Shown here: positions 24,873 to 36,779 of the stretch, piece by piece
Numbering within the stretch: position 1 is the stretch's first letter
How the letters are laid out: every line of letters begins with the position of its first letter
NCBI RefSeq assembly: GCF_036321535.1
Contig: NC_087451.1
Span: 15,686,001 to 15,750,000, forward strand
DNA: 64,000 nt
Direction of reading: 5' to 3'
Source of the DNA: Camelus dromedarius
Lineage: Eukaryota
The notes under the pieces: generated by a model
Database searches by the model: none
What the model saw: the letters and a program-made list of their open reading frames with translations, nothing else
Told to the model about the DNA's origin: nothing
Position numbers and translations under genes: made by a program

Positions 24873-24990
24873 GCTTCAGGCAGCACACACAGGTTCTGGC
24901 AGCCGTCCCAGGCAGGACTGAACACTGAGCTTGGAGCAGACGGCCTTGCCCCAGGCAACTGCTGTTTCTGGGAGCAGCTTGAAGGACTGA
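24873..24990 (+). pseudogene. CTNS: Orthologue of the cystinosin-LKG alternative tail, interrupted by in-frame TGA at 24919-24921
   Basis: Acceptor ttttctttaag; reads LQAAHTGSGSRPRQD*TLSLEQTALPQATAVSGSSLKD* versus human LQAARTGSGSRLRQDWAPSLQPKALPQTTSVSASSLKG* (recalled). Confidence 0.8.
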
Positions 24991-26810
24991 CCTTGCAGCT
25001 GGGAGAGCCAAGTGTGCTTTGCTGCCACTGCTGAGTTCAGAGACCAAGCAGCCAGGTGCTGTGGCCGATAGACCCAGAGGTGCTGGTGCTGGTGGCGGAG
25101 GGGCTAGGACCTTGGGGTAGAACTTGGGGGCCCTTCTCTGAGCACTCACCACCCTGACATTCACTCATGCTATGTAACTCCACTTCTACGAGTGCAATCA
25201 CAGGTGGCCCAGGCCAGGGTCTGGTAAAGAAACAGTATTTCCGAGCCTTAAGGTGCCCACCAGATTGGTTTGGAACCGGTCTCACATCCAACACCCTCTG
25301 GATCTCCATCACACTAACAACCCCTTTTGGATTTTTCAGAGGGACGCTTTTGAAGTAAGTGGCTTACTGCCTTACTGCTTTCCGCCTACCTCCAGTTTCC
25401 CAGCGTCAGGCCCCACGTCAGCCCCTCTAACTGCTCCTTACCCTGGGTCTGCTCGGAGTGCAGGGGACAGACGCACACATGCACGCACACACACCAGTCT
25501 GTGCCTTAGAGGCCTGTTAGACCTGCTGGGTGGTGAGAGTAGCTCTCCTGAAGGGGAGGGCAGGCCCCCTTCCCTCACTTTGCCCAGACCCCTACCTGAG
25601 ATTCACCAATTTGTGGCTGTTCCGGAGCTTCAGATAAGGTCTTAAGACCACCTCACATAATCTTCATGGACCCAGTCTGATCCCAAAGCCCTTCCCTTCC
25701 CACCAAGCAGGTGTCCATCCTGTGGCAGGAGGGGAGGGTCCCAGGATGTGCCTTGAGTTTGTCAATCCACTCTCAGATTTGTTTACCACGAGATAACAAG
25801 AGGCTTATGTCCTTAATTAAACCTGATTCCTTTCCTCTCTGCACACTGAGCATTTGCCAGATGCAGGAGGCAAGCGTGTTGGCTTCAGAACCAAGTCCCT
25901 GGGGCTCAGGGAGACGGCCTCACTCACTCCATGTAAGAAAATGCGTGGGGTTGCCAAGTTCGCTGCTCCCAAGGTGGCCGTGTGCCAACCGGGCACTTCA
26001 TCAGGAGAGCCCTGTTGGGTGGCACAAGACACCCACCTGCTCAGGGCCAGGTAGGTCCCACAGGTACCATGTCTGCATTCCCAAAGGCACAGCACTCAGG
26101 CTGCGGTTGTGAGCACAGGTTGGATGAGGCCTTTAAGGGCACGTGGTGGAGGAGGGTCTTCCAGATTCTTCCTCTGTCCAGGTATCAAACAATTAGGATC
26201 TCCTTTCCCTAAAGCAGAGACTGCAGCCTGACCAAACCTACACACCTGTTTTATTTGGGCCACCCAGTGGGTGACGGTATCACACGTTAGAGATGGGAGG
26301 TTACAAGATCTGACTTGGCGGTGCAAGGTGGGTCACGAGCAGCAACAACGACACTAATGCAGCCAGCATGGGCCAGGCAGCAGCCCTAGTGCTCCCCAGC
26401 TCACCCCCACCTCATCCCCATCTCATCAGATCACAGCCCCTGGAAACATTTGGGGCTACATCCCTGGCTGTGATAAACAGTGCTCTGAAGTCTTAGCAGT
26501 GGGTGTTTTCCCATGAACCTCTTGGTGTTTGTGAGGCCCCTCCCTAGTGGGAGCTGAGGTTAGATTACACAGGTGCAGTTGGGGGCTCCCCAGCCCAGTT
26601 CTGGTGAAGGGACTCTCAGTCTCACCTGGGCAGCCCTGCCAAGCAGCATCAGCAGGCCTAGGAATAGTCGGGCTTTATCCTGGATTGGCGGTGAGGGGAG
26701 GGGGCGGTGAGGGGCAGGTCAGCCATCCTTAAAACTAAAGGCCTCACAGTCCACCCCCAAATAGCCCTGCCCCATGTCTCAGCAAAGACCCCTGGAGAAT
26801 TCCAGCTCTG

Positions 26811-26816
26811 TTTATT
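26811..26816 (-). terminator. TAX1BP3: Poly(A) signal AATAAA, likely for TAX1BP3
   Basis: tttatt on +, about 840 nt past the TAX1BP3 stop codon. Confidence 0.65.
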
Positions 26817-26985
26817 GGGCACAAGATGTGGGGCAGCTTCCTACTGCCCCCTTTCCACAGGAACCAAAGTACAACTGGTTCCCTTGCTAAGAGTAGTTCC
26901 CAGATGTGAATTAGTTAAGCTACATTCAAAAGTTGAACTGGCATCTCTAAACAGTCAGATAAAAATGCTTTGTATCAAAGTTGTG

Positions 26986-26991
26986 ATTAAA
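26986..26991 (+). terminator. CTNS: Poly(A) signal ATTAAA, candidate distal CTNS 3' end
   Basis: I saw no + strand AATAAA between 24521 and 27000; ATTAAA also occurs at ~24751 and 25816. Confidence 0.45.
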
Positions 26992-27648
26992 AAAATATAA
27001 AAGTTAAACCCACAGGCATAGAAGAAAATGGCAATCCTGAGAACTGCTCTGAAATGTCAGCCTCGAGCCTCGTGTAAATCCTATAAGCAGGTGAACCCTG
27101 GGGAGGCCAGCGCCCCTCAGGGTGGGAGGTGGGGAGGGGGTGCAATGGGGTGAACTGTGAGCCTGCCTGGCTTCCATCCAGGCCAACCTTCGTAGTACTT
27201 CCGGCAGTGAGTCAAGTCCCTGCGGGGGAACGTGGGGAAAAGCATGCGGCCCAGCCCCTGCGGAGCCGAGATGTGGGGCAGGGTCTGGAGTTCCTGCATT
27301 TCCCAGTTACGTGGTGCTCGCAGGAAGTGGGGTCCCCTGCTCGCCTGGGCACTGCTGTGGCCAGGCAGCAGGGTCTGGGGCCGAGCCTGTGGTCACTACA
27401 AACTGACTCCAACTTGGCTTCAGGCCCTTATTTCCAATCCTCAGTGTCCAAGGGAGAGAGCTGGTCCCAGAGCCTCAGGCCAGTGGTGGGAGAGGGGAAG
27501 GCCAGCCAGGTCAGGCCTCTGGGATCAGCTCTTGCCCTTCGGAGCAGGGGCCCAGCCATCAGCAGAAGCCAGGATGAGGGGCAGACAGCGTGGAAGTGGT
27601 GTCACTGTACAGAGGCGGGCGGGCACGAGCCAGGGGCCGGGGCAGCTG

Positions 27649-27786
27649 CTAGGACAGCATGGACTGCTGCACCGCCTTCTGCAGCGACTGCCGTGTCACC
27701 AGCAGGCGCACCACCTCCTCCGAGCGCTTGGTGAGCCGCTTCCGGGCCTGGTCGTGTGTGACCATGGTCATGTCCCAGCCGTTCAC
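27649..27786 (-). CDS. TAX1BP3: TAX1BP3 (TIP-1 PDZ protein) exon 4 (VNGWDMTMVTHDQARKRL...QQSMLS*)
   Basis: ggccag acceptor; TAG at 27649-27651. Confidence 0.97.
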   Translation of the reverse strand: MNGWDMTMVTHDQARKRLTKRSEEVVRLLVTRQSLQKAVQQSMLS

Positions 27787-28071
27787 CTGGCCCAGGGAGA
27801 GAACACAGCCCACCTCAGCTCGCCGCCCTCAGGGCTCTGGAAGCAAAACGAGCTTTGGGGGGCCTGGGTCACCCAAGCTGATGTCCCCAGGCTGGGGGGA
27901 CACCAAGCACCACCTCACATACACAGAGGAGAGAGCCAGCTTCCTCCAGGGGAAAGGCCAGCACGGGCTCCAGAATGGCTTTGGTGAGTCTCCCAGGTGC
28001 CACCCCCCACCCCTGAGTGCTTCAGACCCTCTGGCCCAAGCCTTGTTTTCCCCCTCTGGGACATCTGTTAC

Positions 28072-28149
28072 CTGCATGATCTTGTCTCCAATCTGCAGCC
28101 CAGCAATTTCTGCAGGGCCTCCTTCAGATACCCGCGTGACGTAAATGCC
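28072..28149 (-). CDS. TAX1BP3: TAX1BP3 exon 3 (GIYVTRVSEGGPAEIAGLQIGDKIMQ)
   Basis: ctccag acceptor, gtaaca donor; PDZ core. Confidence 0.97.
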
Positions 28150-28543
28150 CTGGAGAGAGACAGTCCAGTCAAGCGCGGGATCAGTGGACTGGCCCTTATC
28201 CACAGAGCAAAGCCCAGCAGGGCATACTCCTAGCTGTCCGTCTGTCCCGCTCCCAGCACAGGCTGTGCTGAGACAGAAAAGGGGGAGGTGGGGCAGCCCC
28301 GCAGATGCTCCAGTGCCTGTTGCTGGCCTCCTGGGCTCTGAACAGGCTTTCCTAGCACTGGGAGGGAAGGGAGGGCTGGGAAGCCCACTCCCCACCTCTG
28401 CTTATTCCCACCAGATCATTTCTTGGACCTTCTGAGGGGACTGAGAGAGATGAGGTCTGCTCCTTCCGCAAAGGCTCAGGAAGCAGGGACCATTTTAGGC
28501 CTCTGTGCCCCACAGAGGTCCCCAGACCCTAGACCCACCTCAC

Positions 28544-28663
28544 CTTGTCTGTCTTATCTTCTGAGAAGGGATTCTGGGAGGGATCCTGGTCAATTCCACC
28601 TCCAATGCTGAAGCCCAGGATTAAGTTCTCACCTTGACGCAGCTTGTGAATTTCAACTCTTTG
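28544..28663 (-). CDS. TAX1BP3: TAX1BP3 exon 2 (QRVEIHKLRQGENLILGFSIGGGIDQDPSQNPFSEDKTDK)
   Basis: ttaccag acceptor, gtgagg donor; ILGF carboxylate-binding loop. Confidence 0.97.
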
Positions 28664-31530
28664 CTGGTAAAGATAAAAAAACGAGTTGGGGGTGGGTGGG
28701 TGTGGAAAGCAAACGTGGTCTGTGTCCCCAGTAACAGCCTCAGGCGGCTGAGTCTGCTCAGAGCTCAGCCATGGGGGTGGGGCCCTGGGCTTTCTGCAGG
28801 AATCCAGCTGGTCACCAGCCTGGGAGGCTGGGAGGTTGAGACTCAGAACTCAGCCACATCAACTTACCCACACACCCCTCTGTCCCAGCCTCTCCCAGCT
28901 TCTTCACCAGCTTCAGGCACCAGCCTTGTCAACATATGCTAAGCTCCTCCTGGACCAAGAGCCAGGGTGCTGTGGCTACTCTGAATGGGGCCTGTGTCCC
29001 AGGGGAGGGACCACACAGGGCAGGTGTGTGGTCCCTCCTGAAAAAAAAAATGTAGGCATCCTGCAGAGGCAGTTCAGATTGCTGAGCCAGCCCTGTCAAG
29101 GGCAAGACGGGGAAAGCGGAGATCAAACTTGCACAGAAAGAAGGAAGGGGTCTCCTGGTCAAGGGAACAGGAGCAGAGGCTTGAAGGTGCTGTGGCTACG
29201 TGTCCATGAGACCCAAGTGTACACGCAGGACAGGAACTGGGAGGTGAGATGAGGCTGAGGCCAGATCAGGAAGGCTGGAGCATGCAGCCCCAGGAGACTG
29301 GCCCTGAGGGAAGGGTGTCTCCCTAAGCCCCAGGCCTGTGCCGTGCAGAAGGTGGGGAGGGGCCAAGGGCTCTCCCACCATACTCCGGGGCTCTGGTCCC
29401 CATCTGTGCCAGGCTCCTTTCAAAGCCCTCAGCAGGCACCCTCCAGTCACCAGATGCTGGAAGCCAGACCAGATCATCCCACCCTAAAAGTTGAGCGTTT
29501 TAACAGGAAGAAGAAAACAAAGCAAAAGGTGGCTTGATCTGGACCTGAGGGACTTCATGAAGGACCATTTGCACCAGGCCTTGGGCCAACCAGGAGTTTG
29601 GCAATCTGACTTTGATTCTGGAGCTCTCAGGAGTTGGGGAGTAGGGCTGGTCACCGTCAGGTCTGACGCTAGAATGACCACTCAGGCATTCGGTAGATGT
29701 CTCACAAAGGGGAGATGTGGAGGCCAGGGGACATGAGCTCCTTGGAAAGTGACATCGGCAGATTCAGGGACTGCTCGTGGAGAAGATAAGGGGGGCACCC
29801 AGCCAGCCACCTGGCCCGGCTGAACACAACCATCTCCCAGATGGGGACCCTGGAGAAGGAGTATGTTGAGCTAGAGCACCAGGAGTCATCCAGGCAGGTG
29901 TCCAGAAGGCAGATGGGCTGGCCCATGGAACCAGAGTTCAGAGGAGAGGCCAAAATGGTTTTAACATTCTCAAAATGTTAACTCCATGGGAGAGGGAAGG
30001 GATTAAGGAGGAGCCTCTTCCACCCCATCCCGAATCCAAGACCAAGGAGAGACCAGACCGCACCCACCATGTTCAGATACCTTCCTAGTGTGGGAAGAAT
30101 TGGGAGGTTGTGGTCCTAAAGCTTTGAATAAGGCCCGGGGACCAGCCATGACATGAACAAAGGGGGTGACATGAGAGGCCGACTGGACCTAGGTCCTCCT
30201 GCCCAAAAGTATCACCTCCTCCAACACATACCTTTGACCCAGCCTCAAGGTCAAAAGGGAGTACAGGGCTGGGAGACAAGGCCTTGACACTGATTTGCTC
30301 GGTGAGGCCAGGCAGGTTATTGCCCCTCTCTGGTTCCTCACCTGTGCACATTTTTTTTCCAGCTAAGGAGCAAAACTTCTGTGGCTGCTAGAGAGCTGGA
30401 AAAGCCAGGCTGGTGCAGCCAGGGTGAAGCTGAGGACAGCTGTCAGCAGGTCCAGCAATGTTCCCACCTCGCCCAGGCCTGAGCTGGTGCTCCAAGCTCA
30501 CTCTCACATGTCAGCTTTATCAGTGGCTCCATGGTCACACCACCTGACAGCAAGAGAGCCCCAGCACACCCATCTGAGATATTGCAGCCAGGGCCCCAGG
30601 ACTGGAACTTTCACCTGATTTCCCTACCCAGCAGGCATTTCTTCCCTGAGATCGAGGTCCCTCCTGAGGGGTTTTTACATGACTGGGCATGACCAGACTT
30701 CTCTCTGGGACTCAGTTGCCCCACCTCAGCCACAGAGTGGGCCTCTAGGCCCCATCCAGCTGTGGCATTGGCATCTGGGTCTAATGCCTCCACTTCCCTT
30801 TACCTATTCTCATAGCACTTGGCACCCAAGACGAGGTAAGGGAGGCGCCAGGGGCCTGAGCTGACTCCAAAGGGTCTCCTAAGGCTCCAAGTGCCAGGCG
30901 GGGGTCATGGACTTTGCCCCAAGCGCTGGGGATCCAAGGAAAGTTCGGAGCGGGATCAAGCCAGTTGTATGAGCCTTCACTCTGGACCGGGCGGCGGTAG
31001 GTCGACAAGGCAAGGCTGGATGGGAGAGGTGAGGGGCTGCTACGCAGGCCCCGGCCATCTCCACCCACTAAGTCTCCCTCTGGGCGGCGGCGCCGGCTGG
31101 AGCGGAGGAAGCACTTCCTCATTCCAGAGGCTGCGACTCATAGACGTCGGGGCCGGCGCCCGCCCCCCGCTGCTGCCCAGCTGGTGACATAGGCCCGGGA
31201 ATGGGGCGCTTTCCCATATTCCACAGCCGAGGTCTTTCTCCTAAGTTCTCCCAGCTCCAGCCGGCTCTAAGAAGTCCAACGAGGCGGCGGTGGCGCGCGC
31301 AGGGTCTGGGCTCGATCTAGGTTTTCAAGAAACTCTTGAGTCCCAGCCATCCCTTGCATGGCTTGGGAAGACCGCAGCCCCACTCCAGCAGAGCGGGAAC
31401 CCGAGCTCTAGCTGCAGGTTTGCAGGAGCTCCGGTTTCGACGCTTTGTCAACCTGTTTGGGGTGTCAGTTTACCTATCTGCAAAGTGGGGGCAAGTCAAG
31501 ATGCGGAGAAGCCCGCGCGAGCGCACTCAC

Positions 31531-31569
31531 CACCACGGCGGTGACCGGTTGGCCTGGGATGTAGGACAT
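31531..31569 (-). CDS. TAX1BP3: TAX1BP3 exon 1 (MSYIPGQPVTAVV); four exons total 124 aa
   Basis: ATG at 31569-31567, donor gtg|gtgagt. Confidence 0.95.
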
Positions 31570-31869
31570 CTCGACCCCAATCTGGTAACCAGGTACCGCT
31601 CAGTGAAGCCCGCAGCGAAAATCCCAGCGGCCGCGCCCTCTCTGGTTAACAAAGGCAGCCCAGTCCATCCCGCCCCCTTATAAATAGTTTACGAACCTCT
31701 AGCCAATCCCGGACCGGAGCGCTGTCTGGGTTTCGGAAGTCCCAGTGCGTGCGTAGAAAAGCGGGGAGGAGGATGGAGCGTGCTCTCTGTACCCGCTGCG
31801 CATGCGCTAGAGGGCGGGCGCGAGGTCCCAGCGCCTGCGCAGCCTGCGCCCTCCCAGCAGCCTCCAGCG

Positions 31870-31947
31870 CAAGATGGCGTCGTGGGAATCCTTGCCACTG
31901 GCTGTGTGAGGAAACGCCGAGTGACCGCGTCCGCCGCCGGGTTCCAG
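31870..31947 (+). other. EMC6: EMC6 putative non-coding exon 1 (start approximate); intron 31948-32145
   Basis: Donor ccag|gtaact at 31948; acceptor ggttctctccgcag ending 32145. Confidence 0.6.
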
Positions 31948-32178
31948 GTAACTGGGCTAGCCTGGGCGGGAAGTGCAGACCTGCCATCGCCCCCATGGCC
32001 GGCCCGAGCCCTCAGTCTTCTCCGCGTCTTTCGAAGGTCCGAGACCCAGGAAGGGTGCGAGGTCTCGGCCACCCCAGGGGGAGGGGCGGCGTGAAGCCAA
32101 CTCGCCGCGCTCCGAGCGCCACTTGTAACTTGGTTCTCTCCGCAGCCCCGCGTTGCTCCGCGAGGAAGCAGAGGGTGA

Positions 32179-32526
<348 letters not shown>

Positions 32527-33779
32527 AACGGGGGCAGGGATGCCTTTTGTTTTTAAAAAAAAAAAAAAAAACAAAACAGATTGAGAGAGGACTGTTGCCA
32601 GAAATTAACACCGTGTAGACTTAACCTAGTTTTTAAATTGTTGGTTCGCTGCTTGTTGTGTAACGTTATAAATAATTTATATCTTAAGACGAGGAGCCTG
32701 TAATGTTCTTCAGATTAAATGAAGCGTGAGACCCTTTGTGGAGTTTTTTTCCTACGTTAACGCATACCCCTCAGCTGCCGGGGGTGGAAAATCACCATGT
32801 TTTCAGTCTGGAAGAGCTAGGACTGGACCTTAGCTTTCGGTAATTTCTTTGCATTTACACATAGACCATCCTCCGTGGGTACTCGGCCTAAATAAGGAGA
32901 GAACTTGTGGTTAACATCCTGAGAACGACAGTTAATATTTATTGTGTGCCTTATATGCCGGGCATTGTTCCTTGTCCCTCCATTATCTCATTAATTCTTG
33001 CAATATTCTTAGGGAGTATATGTGATTATTATCCCCCATTGATGAACTTTAGGCTCAGAAGGATGAAATAACCTCTATCACAGGGGGCACAGCTTGGAAG
33101 AGGCAGAGCCAGGATTCAAATGTAGGTCTCTTAATTGTTCTTAACTGTATTGGCTGAGCCCGTGTTTTCAGAGCCTAGCCTTCCCTCCCACTAACCACTG
33201 CTTTCAGGTGTGAATGGTGGCATTTCCGTTCCATTTCACCTAGTTACAGTTAGCTGTCGTTTCCATTAAAAAAATAAATAAATAAATTCAAGCCCTTTTT
33301 TTCTAGACTACGTCCAGTGAAGACTGAACAGACTGAATGAGTAAGCTAAACTTTGGGTTTGTCTAGAGTGTGAATGCTTCTGTCTATATCCTAAGCTGTG
33401 ATCCCTTATCAGGAGAATTATTTTAGAATAACACGCATACATTTAATTGAGAAACAAATACTGCATTAGAGTTAAGTAATGAACATATTGCTTGTGGAAT
33501 TTAGTCTTAAATGGGAAGATCAGCCTTACCTGATTTCACAAATATTCAAATTATGCTAAGTGATATTAAGTGCTTCAAACCTAACCCAGGTTTAGGGCTG
33601 GGGGTGGGGGTAGGTTCTTTGAGGAAATAACATTATAGTTGAGACCCAAAGGTTGAGTAACAGTCAGGTTTTACTTGGCAAGAAAGCACATGTGTGAGGG
33701 TCATTGGGAAGGAAGGAGTTTGGCTCATATCTGAAGAGTTTAGAGAAGAAGCCATGAGGTAGACCACAGTAGGGAGTTT

Positions 33780-34205
33780 TGTTATCAAATCAAGCTTGGG
33801 TCCTCTCACCTCGTGCAGTAAAGCCCATCTACTGACCCAGGTTGTGCTGAAGGAAAGTGCAGTGTTTATTGCAAGCACCAAGCAAGGAGATCAGGCAGCT
33901 AGTGCTCAAAAGTCCCGAACGCCCCAATGGCTTTCAGGAAAAGATTTTTTAAGACAGGGTGAGGGAGAAGGTTTTGAGTTTCGTGATCAGCTTGTGCATA
34001 TTCTGATTGGTTGGTGGTGAGGTAACGAGGGGTCAACATCAACCTTCTGCTTTCAGTAGGGTCTATGGTTTTGAGCAGCATATGGTTAACTTTTTGCACC
34101 TGGTGGGGGTTTCAGTATTTGCAAAACAGCTCAAAGGACATGGCTCAGAATATTATCTGTAGCTCTTGAGGAGGAACTAAAGGTCCTTGACTTTAATGGC
34201 TTAAA
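33780..34205 (-). mobile_element. ERV1-like LTR remnant between the EMC6 and P2RX5 3' ends
   Basis: Terminal tgttatc on +, AATAAA on - at 33865-33870, CCAAT on - near 34005; family unassigned. Confidence 0.55.
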
Positions 34206-34541
34206 CAAAGCCAATCTAATCGCATCACTCCTGACTAAAACTTCGAGAGTCTCCCCCAAACTGCTATTAGTATCAAGGCCAAACTAACCGAGCAAGACCC
34301 TATGAAGCCTTCCCAGGACAGAATCTCCTCCGCCTGCCTCTTACATGTAGAAAAACTAGCCTGCTACGCCTTCCCCAAGCTCTTACGAATAAATTAAATC
34401 AGAGAAGTGAGAAAATGAAGAAAGAAAGGAAAACAGCCAAGCAAGGCAAAAAAACTTACGCCATTAAACATTTCCTCTAAAACAGAGTCACCATGAAGAT
34501 ACGAAGGGGAGAAAATCAGGACACATTTAAAGTTAACACCT

Positions 34542-34547
34542 TTTATT
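34542..34547 (-). terminator. P2RX5: Poly(A) signal AATAAA of the P2RX5 distal last exon
   Basis: Minus-strand 'ttttatttggttataaaataataaaaggtgttaa' resembles the recalled end of the human P2RX5 3' UTR. Confidence 0.7.
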
Positions 34548-35122
34548 ATTTTATAACCAAATAAAACTGTCAGAAAATACATATGTTGGGTAGGTCCCAG
34601 AAAATGCTTCCCATCTTCTCCTTCTCCCTTTTAATTCTGTCCACAGGCCTAAGGGGAAACAGGTGGAAGAAAAGTGTCTTGTAGAGAGTGCTCCTGTGTC
34701 CACTGGAGAAGATGCTCTGAGGAGAGTTGAATCATTTGCGGGGAGGGGGGCAGGCTGGAACTAAATGGAGCCCTTTTCCAGACATGCAAGATGCAGTTCC
34801 AAGTGGGGTGATTTAAGGACTTCTGGGGCACTTAGGGACATCTGGAGGAAGTCACATTCCCCCTTTATGACTGGTCCCCCAGTGGGGAAGGCAGCCTCTG
34901 AGAAAGGAACTGATGGGGTTGGGGGTGGTACAAAAGGCAGCCAAGACTGGTCAGTCCTGGTGACCCCTGCATCAGGAGTAAAGGGCACTTAGCTCTTTCA
35001 TGGCTGGTCCCCATGATGTCACATAAATAGCACCCAATTTAAAACTTTCCCGTTGGCCAGCATCATGATACTCCCAAGGCAAGGAATAGCAGAATTGGTA
35101 GGGAAGTCCTAGATAGATGGCT

Positions 35123-35165
35123 TTAGGCCAGGGCTTGAACATAAGCATGGACAACTCCTGTGATC
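35123..35165 (-). CDS. P2RX5: P2X5 distal (human-type) terminal exon: R-ITGVVHAYVQALA*; gives a 444-aa protein; 3' UTR to ~34525
   Basis: Acceptor ctcctttccatgctgacatttcag; gatcacaggagttgtccatgcttatgttcaagccctgg aligns with the recalled human last exon gagcacgtgaattgcctctgcttacgttcaggccctg. Confidence 0.65.
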
Positions 35166-36364
35166 CTGAAATGTCAGCATGGAAAGGAGAAGCTGGTGAT
35201 CATCTTCCTGATGAGGCAGCTGGTGCCTCGAGGAAAAGGGGCTTTTCCCAAGTACTGCCTGAATAACTGTAGGGAGACATTTCCACTCCGATACAAAATA
35301 GCACAACTGTCCCCACGTTATATGGCTGCTGCCAGGCGATTCCAAAATCATTAAAAGAAGCCAGGCCCAACTCCTAAGCAGCTGTAACCCCTGCCTTTTT
35401 TACTTCTTCCCAAACGTACAAGTCACATGCTGTGTTATCAAATCCAAGGGTTTGCCTTAGGGAAAAGTCAACATCATAGCAAATCACCCAGATTTTTCAC
35501 TTTTTCTTCAGAGAACAGGTTGGGCTTGCTGACTGGTCACCAGGCAGCCCAAGGGAAGGAGCTGCTTCTTTAGAAGGGGTCCTGTTCTGGGGACCACGCC
35601 CCTCTGCCCCAGAGGCGGGGCCTCACCAGGGACCTTGAGGGCCCTTCTAACCCTGTCCTCCAAAGGTCGCAGTGGAAGGATGCTCACTGCCCCCTCTGTG
35701 CGGAGGAGAACCATACTCCTCCCAGAGAGGAGGCTCCCTAGAGTCAAGGCGGCTGCCCACCCAGCGCCTGGGCTTGCTGGGTGAGGGGCAGCGCTGCCTT
35801 TGGCTTGGATGCCAAGTGGATCCAACAAAAGTGATTGAGTTCTAGGCCCCTCCCTTTGCGTCTACGCAGGGGCAGGGGCTTCTCAGCCAGCGCAGAGGGA
35901 GAAGCGAGCCGGCCAGCTTCTCAACCCGGAGCTTAAGCAGATTCCAGCGCGTCCGTTCTGACAGAGGAGACTCGGTCTGCCGTGCAGGCGTCAGGAAAAG
36001 CTCATTTCCTGAAGGAAGAGGTGAGTAACTAAGAAGAGTCTCAGCAAGACAGGTGAGACTCTTGGAATTGGTAACACGTTGCCTCGGGGAACGGGTGGGA
36101 GGGAAGCTTTTCACTGCTCTTTTGTGCCTCTTAAATTTTGGATCACGTAAGTATGGCCTAGTCAAAATATTTTAATTTGAATGAATTTAGCATAATGCTA
36201 CTTTCCTGGAGCGAGGAAAGGGGGGGGGGGGAATCTGCTTGGTCTCAGGGTAGCTTGAGAGTAAGTTTGATCTGGAAATTGGCATCACCCACCAAAGCTG
36301 GCCTTTTCCTCCCTCGGAAGCAGCCCTTGCATATCTCCTCAAGCATCACTTGTCAACCTTTACA

Positions 36365-36500
36365 GTGCGTGTGAATCACCTGGAGTCTTGTTGAAACGCA
36401 GGTTCTGATTTAGGGACAGGAGAGAGGCCTGAGACCGCGTTTCTAACAAGCCCCCAGGTGATGTCGATGCTGCTGGTCCACGGACCACACAGAGGGAAGC
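36365..36500 (+). mobile_element. MER5A-like hAT-Charlie remnant
   Basis: 'gaatcacctggagtcttgttgaaacgcaggttctgat...tttctaacaagcccccaggtgatgtcgatgctgctggtccacggaccacac'. Confidence 0.7.
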
Positions 36501-36779
36501 AGCAGAGCTCGGCAGGGCGGGGCGGAGGCTCAGGGGTGAGGGAAGCAAGGGCCTCCCTAGCGGCAACTTCCACCTGCGGAGTGAGTGCCATCATCATCTC
36601 ATTAGCCCTTCAGATGGAGCCTCAGAGCAGAGAGGGAGGGAAGTGGGCAGGGACACCCAAGCCCCACAGGACAGCAAGAGCCAAACCTTACAGGCAGTGC
36701 GTCTCCCATCTGGGTGAGACGCTATCCCCCGAGCTTCCCGAGGCTCTCTTTGCTTCCTCCTCTTCCCTCACCACCCCCC

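Noticed and set aside
32555-32572. Long A-run just after the EMC6 stop, suggesting a retrocopy
   Set aside because: EMC6 is in its normal syntenic position with a promoter and a 5'-UTR intron; no TSD; likely only an oligo-dT mispriming site
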